A DNA stretch of 63,829 nucleotides, counting the filler, from Reclinomonas americana ATCC 50394 (Eukaryota): the NCBI GenBank assembly GCA_048213135.1. It is 17 parts of 17 records of this genome, joined end to end, with 100 filler letters (N's around TTAATTAATTAA, not from the genome) between each part and the next. Parts side by side here need not be neighbours in the genome. Positions count along the whole stretch, not along the records: positions 27,656 to 33,604 come from AFZH01020681.1; positions 33,705 to 37,062 come from AFZH01020682.1; positions 37,163 to 38,478 come from AFZH01020683.1; positions 38,579 to 42,241 come from AFZH01020684.1; 13 more parts are not named here. One strand, 5' to 3'. The notes under the pieces were generated by a model. It saw only the letters and a list, made by a program, of their open reading frames with translations. It made no database searches and was not told where the DNA came from. Shown here in pieces: positions 30,949 to 40,997 of this stretch; within the stretch, counting starts at the first letter, position 1, and every line of letters starts with the position of its first letter. A program made the translations under genes and the position numbers.

Positions 30949-33604
30949 TCATCTCCGCGGCGCCGGCGGAGCCACATACGTGTGGAACCCGTATCCCTCG
31001 CCAGCATCCACACCCTCCACTCGCACGCGGCACACGGGACACTCGCCGCTCTTGCTTGCCAGTCGCTCTGCGCACTCCCGACACAACACCTGGTGCATGC
31101 ACGGACGCAGTCGCGTCTCGCGCAGTCCGTCGCACACCATGCACGCCCGCCTACACGACAACACCGTGAGATCACTCAACTCACTCGCCAGCTGCTGAGC
31201 GGTCGGACGGCGTGCTGGTCGACCATCCAGGCATCTGCAGATTGACCATGCATGTCAGTCAGCGTGTCTCCTCTCAACTCTCCTGGAGACACACAAACCT
31301 CAGTGCCAATCGCACAATCCGCTCGCACACGGGAGCCGGCCACGGTCGACCAACGCCACCGTCGGCCAGATTCGCAGCAGCATTGAGCAGTGCTTCGCCA
31401 CCCGCATCGTCCATCTCCTCCAACGCCTCCACTCGTCGATGCACCTCCTCAATCGGTAGACCGCTGAACACTTGCAGCAGGACGAGACCGAGCGAGAACA
31501 CATCCGAACTCGGACGCAGCTGTCCGTGCATGGCCTTGGGATCGGCGTACTTGGGGTCGCCAGCAAAGTGCACTGACAGGTGCGTCTGTGGCACGAAAAA
31601 GGAGAGGGAACTGTGGATTGAGGAAAGGGGAAGGGAGTGACAGGGCAGGAAAGTGTCACTCACCCCCTCGGTGCGGAACCAGTGCGCCACTCCCAGGTCC
31701 GAGATGTACGCCATTCCACTGTGATTGAACAGAATGTTGGCTGGCTTCAGGTCGCGGTGGATCACTGAGAGAGAGTGAGAGAAAGTGAGTGAGTGGAACG
31801 AAATGAGCAGAGAGTGCAGAGCAGACACGCGTACCATTCTGTGGAACCAAACAAGCGCACAGAAAGGCACGAGTTAGTTACCAAGGAGAAATATTACGCA
31901 AACGCATACCTCGTATACTCTCTCTCACTCACATGCCTGCATCATCAGGAGGCACAAAGTGAGTCCGATAGCATGAAGAAGGAAACAACAAACAACCAGG
32001 CATGCGACACACAACTTGTGGAGGGAGGCAACAGCCTCGGCACATCGCAGCATGCACGTCATTCGTGCCTCTATCGACATGGCTGGCAGTCCACGATCCA
32101 CCCACTGCAGCAGTCTGTGCTCCAAGTTGTGTTCACTGTAAATCACGAGAGAGTGAGTGCACATGAATCGACGAATCCCCCCTTCCGGGAGAAAAATAAT
32201 GAGGTGTGGCGGTGGCTATCGGTCAAGACAGAGAGACAGAACAAGTCACATCCAGAATAAACTAGCAGAGAGCACTCTCTCTCTCTCTCACTCTCCTACG
32301 TTTGTCTCGATCAGTCTCTGCATCACACTTCCACCAGCTCACTTTTCTTTCTCTGTCTCTCTCTCGCACTCTTTTCTCTCGTTCTCTCTCTCTCTCAGTC
32401 TCTCGATCTCTCTCTTTCTTTCTCTCTCCCTCCCTCCCTCTCTCTCTCTCTGTTTTCCTTTCTCTCTCTACGTATTCTCAATCAACCTCTCCGCGTCACA
32501 CGTCCACCTTCTCACTGCAATCTCTCTCTCTCCCGCTTCCTCCATCTCCCGCTCTCCCTATCCCTCTCTGTTTCCCTTTCTCTCTCTGTTTCCCTTACAC
32601 ATGCATGCTCCCGCCCAGCAAATCCCCCCTCTCCCTCTCTGTTTCCCTCACACTCACCTCATCGCCTCGAGCACCACACATCGCTTGCCGTCGTCCGACT
32701 CCGCGAACCCAATCAGTGGCACAACACCAGCCACGCTCACCGCCTTGAGCTTCTCCAACTGACATGCAAGCATGAAGAGAGTGAGATGCACACATTTTCT
32801 CTTTCTCTCTTCGTCACCATCCACCACTCTCACCTCATTGGAGAACGACTCGATGCACCACGGCAACGCGCTGTCAAACACCTTGATCGCCACACTCTGT
32901 CCGGCCCACTGCCCGCAGAACACCTGGCCCTGTCCGCCGGCGCCGCCCAGTCGCTCCGCAAAGTTGCTGCTCATCGACACCACTTGCTCCCACGAAAACG
33001 CCGTCAATGGCGCTGCATTCATCATCATCAAACAAACAAAGTGAGTTTCCCATTATCATCGAACTTCCCCTTCCCCTTCTGCCTCATGCACCTCGGTGGG
33101 TGAGATCACGCTGCACGGCGGCCAGATTAGCCTCGAGTCGCTGAGCTCGGTCTCGCTCGCGCTGTCGCTGCTCGTCCACACGATCCAGCGCCTCCTGCAG
33201 CGCAGTGCGCGCGATTTCGTGCTGCTGGAGCGTGGCAGCGTGCTGAGCAATATTGCTCTCGTTGACTTGTGCACGCTGCTGCCACTCGCTCATCCTAGCT
33301 CGCTGCTCGTCCAGCTGTCGCTGCAAGTCCGCCATTTGTTGCTGCACTCGCTGCACAGTCTCCACCTTTTCACGCTTCGCCGCCTCGACCTTCTGCCGCA
33401 TCTGAGCAGTGGTCTGTTCGAGGTCCTGCACACGTGCTTGGCATTCTATTGCCCGCTGTCGCTGTTCCTCAAGCTCCTGCTGCAGTGCACTGGGCTGCGG
33501 CAGAACTTGTCCTTTGCCGGCCTGCTCGTGTGGAGCGCGGGAGGAGGAGAAGGCGGCGGCGACTACGACAACTGGAGGGGAAGATGAACCAGATGCCTGC
33601 GGGG
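30949..33604 (-). CDS. Coiled-coil / kinase / RING protein, tandem copy 2 (5' end lost in gap)
   Basis: Exons and intron positions are near-identical to copy 1 across the kinase and RING. Confidence 0.85.
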
Positions 33605-33704
33605 NNNNNNNNNNNNNNNNNNNNNNNNNNNNNNNNNNNNNNNNNNNNTTAATTAATTAANNNNNNNNNNNNNNNNNNNNNNNNNNNNNNNNNNNNNNNN
33701 NNNN

Positions 33705-34030
33705 GTTTTCCACTCGCTGTTGCTTCGTTTTCCGCTCGCTGCTGCTTCGTTTTCCACTCGCTGCTGCTTCGTTTTCCACTCGCTGCTGCTTTGTTTTCCG
33801 CTCGCTGCTGCTTCGTTTTCCGCTCGCTGCTGCTTCGTTTTCCACTCGCTGTTGCTTCGTTTTCCACTCGCTGCTGCTTTCGTTTCCACTCGCTGCTGCT
33901 TGTTTTCCACTCGCTGCTGCTTCGTTTTCCACTCGCTGTGCTCCTTGCTCTCGCTGTGCTCCTTGCTCTCGCTGTGCTCCTTGCTCCCGCTGTGCTCCTT
34001 GCTCCCGCTGTGCTCCTTGCTCTCGCTTCA
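33705..34030. repeat. Compound minisatellite: about 22-nt unit (TTCGTTTTCCACTCGCTGCTGC) followed by an 18-nt unit (TGTGCTCCTTGCTCTCGC)
   Basis: Direct tandem copies with no unique spacers. Confidence 0.9.
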
Positions 34031-34280
34031 CTCCATTCCACGCGCTGTGCTGCCTTCTCTCATTGTGCTCTCAATCTCTCTCTCCCTTTCCCTCCCTTTC
34101 CCTCACCCTTTCCTTCTCCCTTCCTTTCCCTCTCCCTCCTCCCCCTCTTCTCCCTCTTCTCCCTCTTTTCCCTCTTCTCCCTCTTCTCCCTCTTCTCTCT
34201 CTTCTCCCTCCCTTCCCCCTCATCTCCCCCTCATCTCCCCCTCTTCTCCCCCTCTCACCCTCCCTTCCCTTTCCCCGCAG

Positions 34281-37200
34281 GCCTCACCCTCCCCTCCATG
34301 ATGCTCCCGGCATCCATCCGCGCCCGTCTGAGTGCTCGTGGCGGTGCACCGTCCCCATCCAGCTCGGCCAGTCGACCCGGCACGGCAACTGGTGTGGTCT
34401 TCTACTCTCCTTCACTCTACGCCCTTACCACTGTTTCTGACAATTGGGATCCCGTGGCAGGATCACGATTCCTGGCGCAACACGAGGCGAACCCGGATCA
34501 CTCGCCGAGCGAGTCGGAGAGTGATGGTCACGGCGCCGCAGCGACTGCACGAGATCGACCTGGCTCCGCTCCCACGCACTCGTCGGCATCCAACGCCGCA
34601 CGCACCGCCTTGCGTTTGCTGCGTGGCGCCGGTCAGCCGCAGCAACCGGGCGACAGTCCTCGCAGCGGCACGCCAGCAAGTCCTCGCCCCAACAGCTCCA
34701 CCTCGATGGCCTCTGCGAGACGTGCACGAGCCGCAGCGGCGGTGAGTTTGTGGCAAAGCGTGGTGCTTTTTTGATGCCTCTTTCTTATCTTGCGAGCAGG
34801 ACGGAAGCGACGACAGTGATGACAGTCTTGACCGAGCTGTTGCTCCGCGACTGTCGACCCCGTTGGAGCAGTATCGGCGGCGACTTGGCGGGTGAGTCAA
34901 CTGCCTTCGTTTGATAAAGGTGTGGCGTCATGTCTCACCATCCACTGCAGGAGTGATGTGGCAGCCGACGCTGAAGCTCGTGAGTGCTTGTGGCAATCCT
35001 CACTCTCTATGTTCTTGCTTTTCTCATTCTTCTCTTTCGCAGGCCGTCAACGCAACCTGGTTCCGCGAGCCTATGCTGTGTATCCTGGCCTGCCGGGTCG
35101 CGGTGGATTCCTGCAGAGTTCGATTGTGTTCGACCTCTCCATGTTTGAGCGGCAACCAGGCACGCGACAGGTCGACAGTTCTCGACGACCTCCAAGTTGA
35201 GTAACATGGGTCTCATTCCCTTCTCAGTTTGTGATCTCAACTCCTCTTCCTCCACGCCAGTGCCTCTGGATGAGCCACATGTGAACGGCGATGCACATGC
35301 CCTTCCGCACGATGAAAAGGAGGAGGAATTCGTCGTGCCCGGCGGTCTGCAGCGCATCGTGCACAGCAATGTGGAGGAGACCGAGCGACACTTGCAGTGG
35401 ATGTGTGCGCCGAATACTGTCCCCTTGGTGATGGCGCTGGCGGCCACGTTCCGCACGCCCGTCATGATGCACAATATTCACCTGTTTGCGCCAGCCTCGG
35501 GTTCGTGCTGACGAGTTGCGAATCCAAGATCATGGGTGGTGGTGACTCACGTGTGCGAGTGAGCAGGACTGACTCCACGCGATGTGGTCTTTGGCGGACT
35601 GGTGGCCTCGGTGTGCCCGGGTAACGTGCACGGCGGACGCATCGGCTCACTGAGGCTACGTTACGAGCCGACGGATCTGGTCGGCGGCGAGCACGTTGTG
35701 GATTTGCGGGACGGCAGGTGCGCTCACTTTGGTCTGTCGCGCTTTCTTCTCGTTCGCTGATCACCTCGCCCGCAGCAATGTGTTCGAGCCACTTCGCGTG
35801 CTGCTGGTGCCACTGCTGTTTGCCAATGCCGCGGCTGATGTGGTGGTGATTGGCAACACGATTACACCACGCGGACCGAATGTCGAGGCCGTGTATGGAG
35901 TTGCGGCTGAATCACATGCACTCGTGCGCTGCTCTCCTGGTTGCTTACTGGTGGATGCAGATTCTGTTCCACATGCTGCGGTGCACGGGCGCGGAGCTAA
36001 CGCTCGACATTGAGAAGCGGTGAGTGGCGACTGTGGTGGCAGGTGAATGCACACCCTGCGCTTATGCTTCCGCTCGCAGATCATTCCCACCGCATGCCAC
36101 TGGTCGTATCCGTGTGAAGCTTGGCGAGCCAGCGCGCGCATTGCGTGCTTTCAAGTACCACGTGTTTGGCGACGTGATGCGTCTCACTGGCAAGGTTCTG
36201 GTCGGCGGCCAAGTACCCTTCAAGGTCTGTCTTGGCGATTGATAGCTTTCGTGGAGCGCTGCGGGGCTCATAGTGTGACGAACAGGTGGGTCGCGAGGTC
36301 TGTCGCGCCATTCAAGAGATCTTCCAGCAAGATGAGGATTTGCGGGAGATTCCGCTGGATGTGAGTGTGCACAAGTACCCAAAGGAGCTCAACGATGGAA
36401 CTGGATGTGCTGTGTTGTTGCGTGGCGCGAGAAGGGGAAGGGAGGGAGGGTGGGGGCGAGAAGGGATGTGCTCATGTGGTGTGGTGTGCAGTCTGCTGGG
36501 TGAGACGACGACGGATGTGGCGTTCTTCTCGCAGGCGTTGCGAACGGAGCAAGGTTTGTGGCGCTGCAGAGAGGGAGGAGAGGAGGGACGGCAAGGGAAG
36601 AGTGATAGGAAGAGAGGAGGGAGAGAGGAGGGAGAGAGGAGGGAGAGAAGAGGGAGAGAGAAGAGGAGAGACAGAAAGAGGCTAATTGTGCAGTGGTGAG
36701 AGAGAGAGAAAGAGAGGGAGGGCAAGAGAGGAAGGAGACGCACACCATCCCGCAGCAGAGACAGACGTAAGAGGGAAAAAGAGGAAGAGGCAGAAGAGGA
36801 GAGAAGGGAGAGACGGAAATCAAGGAGAGACGAAGACGTGCAGTGCTGAGAGAGAAGGAGTGGAAGAGATGAGTGTGTGAGAGAGAGAGAGAGATGAAGG
36901 AGACCAAGCCTTACGTCATCCTGCAGCAGAATAGAGAAAAGAGGAAGGGACAGAAGAGGAGAGCAGGGAGAGACGTAATTCAAGGAGAGACGAAGCCGTG
37001 CAATGCTGAGAGAGAAAGACTGGAAGAGATGAGTGAGAGAGAGAGATGAAGGAGACCATGCCNNNNNNNNNNNNNNNNNNNNNNNNNNNNNNNNNNNNNN
37101 NNNNNNTTAATTAATTAANNNNNNNNNNNNNNNNNNNNNNNNNNNNNNNNNNNNNNNNNNNNCGGAAGAGGGAAAAGAGGAAGAGGCAGAAGAGGAGAGA

Positions 37201-38311
37201 AGGGAGAGACGGAAATCAAGGAGAGACTGAGACGTGCAGTGCTGAGAGAGAAAATGTGGAAGAGATGAGTGTGTGACAGAGATAAAGGAGACCAAAAGAA
37301 GAGAAAACATGAGAGGGGAAGTCTTGCAGCTGGAAGACAGTTACCCACCGGTCGCAGTCACTGTTGAAACATGTAAAATTGTGAGACGCTCCGCGAGTGA
37401 TTAGAGACCAGGAGGAAGAGAGGAACGCACAGACGGAAGAGAGGAGAGGAGACGTGGTGAGGGACGGAACCATACAGTTATTGCGGTAGAGAGGATGCGA
37501 GGACACTAGGGACAAGACGGAGAGGATCTGTGATCACAGAATAGTGTGAGAGAGAATGAAAAAGAGAGGAGGGCAAGAGTTTAGGGAGATACAAGTTATC
37601 CTGTAGCAGAGAAGATTGAAGAGAGGCTGGAAGGAGGAAATCCTCCGGAGAGCATTTTTGGAGGCACAGTGCCGGACGGAAGGACGCAATGTTTGCAGAA
37701 GAGAAAGGGAGAAGAAGACAAGAGGGGTGACGGGCAGATACAGTATTATGAGAGAATGCGTGTGAGAAAAAAGTGCAATTGAGTGGAGACACGCGCTCTA
37801 CCTTGTGGAGCACCGTTTGTGAACTCGCACCTCTCGCAGACGGCGTGTTCCACTCACACGAGCTGGCTGTGGAGATTGCCAACGACGTCAAGATGCGCAT
37901 CACTCGCGCTTTCTGTGTCGACAAGTTGCGCACTCCTGCCTCTCTCGTTTTCTCTCTTTATCATCACACTCACCTCTTCCATCCCCTAGCGATTTTGTGG
38001 AGCTGCTGGTGACACTCATGGCGCTGGCCGACGGGCAGTCGCAGCTGCTGGTCGCACAGGAGGCGCTGACTCAGGAGGTGTTGCAACTCATGTCGGTGAT
38101 TGAGTTTATGACAGCGGTTCGTGAGAGGGTGGTAACTTCGTGATTACGTCGTGTGAGCAGAAAGGCTGACTCGCGTTGTGATGCATAGGTTCGCTTCTCG
38201 GTGCAGCACAACAACGAGAAGCAGACGGCATTGATCGAGTGCGAGGGCGTGGCCTTTATTAACCCGGTGTGGTCGACGGCCTCGATCGATTTGCTGGATG
38301 CTGGTGTTTGA
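34281..38311 (+). CDS. RNA 3'-terminal phosphate cyclase (RtcA)-like protein lacking catalytic motifs, with low-complexity N-terminal extension
   Basis: The spliced product ALAATFRTPVMMHNIH..ASGLTPRD...VCPGNVHGGRIGS..YEP..LVGGEH..D...PLLFA...GTGCAVFLLGETTT...CVDNDFVELLVTLMALADGQS...IECEGVAFINP aligns in order with RtcA/RTCA. Stop at 38309-38311. Confidence 0.75.
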
Positions 38312-38707
38312 GGTGGGGAGTGAATTAACTACGGCAACTACTTTATCCAAGCAGCATGATGTGGGTGAGCAATCGGAACTGATGAGAAGACTGGCGCTTA
38401 TGCAAGAGAAAGCACTAGGTAGATAGCAGAGGTCAAATGGAAGCTGGGGAAACAGAGGGAGAGGGCAAAGACACTGCANNNNNNNNNNNNNNNNNNNNNN
38501 NNNNNNNNNNNNNNNNNNNNNNTTAATTAATTAANNNNNNNNNNNNNNNNNNNNNNNNNNNNNNNNNNNNNNNNNNNNGCCTTTTCTGATCAGAGGACGT
38601 CGGTGGCTTCTAACGACTGATGTGAGTGGCACTAAATGTGCGCGCTACTGACTGCAGCCCGTCGATTGTGGGCGGCGCAAATACTGTACTCAGCTCAAAA
38701 CCGACAT

Positions 38708-40701
38708 GTCGAGGAGCCAAAACCGGACCCATGCTGCTCTCGTTGTATCACTACCGTAGAGCAACCGACCAGGTGGCTAGTTCTCCGAAGAGAGGAAGCC
38801 AACAGAAGCGAATCGATAGGGAGAGGGGAGAGGACAAAAATTTAAATGTCTCGATCGACGTCTGGTCTCGCTGCGCGGTCGCGATCAATGGCGAGAACGT
38901 GGCCCTCTCCCACTGCAATGCTGTCCCGATCGATCGACATTGCTGGCATCACGGGCCCGCTGGCCGATGCATATAGAATGTCAATGGAAGAGACACTCTC
39001 GAGGACCACGCTGTCGCGATCGGTCGTCCGTCTCACGAGCATGCTTGCGGTGGCCGGCACACTATATTTGGGAGACGTGGCGGGTGGCTCTCCTGTCGGT
39101 GTCGTGCACGATGACCCCATGGAATGCGTGTCCCCCTTTCCTCTGTCATTTAGGTATATGTGTACTCATAGCAGATGTCTCATTATGCTGAGGGTGGACT
39201 CTGCACACCCTGATAGATGGTCTCCCCTCGCGGCGAATGCGCGGATATGCTCGACTGCGCCGCGCGCCTGGAGCTCTCGCGACTGCCGGAAGTGCAGTGT
39301 ATACGCGTACGCGGCCTTAATCGCCAGGAAGTTGATCCGCGCGTCGTCCGAAACAAGCCCTGTGACAATCGTGTCACAGAGCTGGTCGAAGCTGGGGCGC
39401 CCGTGGGCGTATCCCGTGGTCAGGTATAGGATAGCGGCGAGCGCATCCGCGAGGTGCAGGCGTGCATGCGCCGCGATCACGTCGATCGCAATTTCGTACC
39501 CAGGTGCACACCCCTTCGCAATGGCGTCGAAGGCCATCCACGAAAGGGCGGGGTCATCCAGGGCGTTGTAGAACATATCGTGTAGGGCAGATGCGGCAGG
39601 GGGCAAAAAGCAACCCCACGAGATATTCTTGAGTGCGGATATGGCATCCTCGCGGATCTGTGCTCCGGGCACCGACGCGAGGCATCCTAGAGTCTCCAGG
39701 AGGTCCTCGTCATCGGCAAGGAACTCTGCATTTGCCCGGGTCGTCGTGAGCCCGGCGAGCGCAGATGCAGCCGTCGCGCACGTCTCTGGAGTGCAGAGGA
39801 GCTTGTACATGATGTCGACATCCGTCCTTCTGATCGTGGCAGTGCAGTCCGACGCAATGGTGCGCAGTACATACGCCCCCTCGCTCCGCGCGGCATCAAT
39901 GTCCGAGGTCATGAGCCGCGCGGCGATATCGATCGCGTGGGATGGGAGATCATTGAAGATGGCGAGGGCCAGTAGAGATGCCTCTGCGACCGTGTCGTCC
40001 GCGAGGGCGACATTTTCGATGATTGCCCGAAGGAGCGTGGAGCGATGGGTGACGGACTCTGGGCGCGTCGCAAGGGCTGACAGTGCGATTGCTATCGGTG
40101 CCCTCGTGGTCACACCACCTTGCATGAGTCTGGCCTCCCTCCGCAGGAAGCCCTCGTCCGGGCTCCGGGCGACCCGGAAGCTCTTCGGCGGTGCGTTGGC
40201 CTGCAGTGGCTTGAGGAAAGAAGCCATGTTTGTCTCCGCTCGCGGAATGAGTGTGAAGAACAAACAATCAAAGTCAGGACAGACGGAGCTAAACCTGGCC
40301 CGACAGGTCGACGATGACCCGACGTCGAACGTCATGGTGAGGTAAGCGGAGCTCGAGGACGTCGTGCCATTCGATGGCCCACGTGAGTGACTGCAGCTCG
40401 TCGAAGAGCCAAAACCGGACTTCCTTCTCTCAACGAGCACGTTCTCTGACTGGTACGGCATGCAGGCAAAGGAAAAGGAACCGTCACCAGCCTCAGTCTT
40501 TCGCGACCAAGAGTTGGCTAGGCCGCAGACGTGGAGCCCACCCGCGCTGCCCCGCTCTTCCGCATCTGGAGAGCGTCGGTGCCCTCCAGGTGGTGCACGC
40601 AAGTGGCACTATGTGTGCGCAGTGCCATCTGCAGCTCTGCATTTGTGGGTTGTGTACAAACGTAATTATAAAGTGGACCAGTCGAGGAGCCAAAACCGGA
40701 C
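38708..40701. repeat. Three dispersed copies of the 21-nt motif GTCGAGGAGCCAAAACCGGAC within longer diverged direct repeats
   Basis: Copies at 38708-38728, 40400-40420 (1 mismatch) and 40681-40701. The stretch 38579-38728 also aligns loosely with about 40555-40701. Confidence 0.85.
39166..40227 (-). CDS. Intronless ARM/HEAT-repeat protein, diverged importin-alpha-like (353 aa from MASFLKP)
   Basis: An uninterrupted helical ORF. The N-terminal KSFRVARSPDEGFLRRE resembles the IBB start (YKVAVDAEEGRRRRE). ARM H3-like segments include RSEGAYVLRTIA, TAASALAGL and REDAISALKNI. Confidence 0.55.
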   Translation of the reverse strand: MASFLKPLQANAPPKSFRVARSPDEGFLRREARLMQGGVTTRAPIAIALSALATRPESVTHRSTLLRAIIENVALADDTVAEASLLALAIFNDLPSHAIDIAARLMTSDIDAARSEGAYVLRTIASDCTATIRRTDVDIMYKLLCTPETCATAASALAGLTTTRANAEFLADDEDLLETLGCLASVPGAQIREDAISALKNISWGCFLPPAASALHDMFYNALDDPALSWMAFDAIAKGCAPGYEIAIDVIAAHARLHLADALAAILYLTTGYAHGRPSFDQLCDTIVTGLVSDDARINFLAIKAAYAYTLHFRQSRELQARGAVEHIRAFAARGDHLSGCAESTLSIMRHLL

Positions 40702-40997
40702 CCGCAATCGACTTGTCCAGTTTCTCGGAGAATCGAAGAAAGAGCCCACAATAGACCCCGCTCCTGTGGGAACTGCACACATGTCATCTCGCATGCTTAA
40801 CTCGTTCAGTGACGCCGGTACCCTCCGCGCTGGATGGGACTCCTCCGCGCTGGATGGGTGTGGGCAATGCGGGTGGGTTCCACGTCTGCGGCCCTACATC
40901 AACCTTTCGCCAGACTGGTCATAAGGATTGGTGACGGCAACAACTCTTTTGCTGCTTCTCACCCACGCACGGCCGATTCATTTTTTGGAGACCTCAA

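Noticed and set aside
33705..34030. Possible CRISPR-like array or repetitive ORFs
   Set aside because: Head-to-tail minisatellite with no unique spacers and no cas genes.
38842..39120. 92-aa minus-strand ORF and nearby TAAATG downstream of the importin-like gene
   Set aside because: No recognisable motif and an ambiguous frame; not supportable as a gene or viral promoter.
38708..40701. 21-nt motif as a CRISPR repeat, or as coding GFGSST (dUTPase motif 5 or FG repeat)
   Set aside because: Spacing is irregular (about 1.7 kb and 0.3 kb), no other dUTPase motifs are present, and the surrounding frames are broken.
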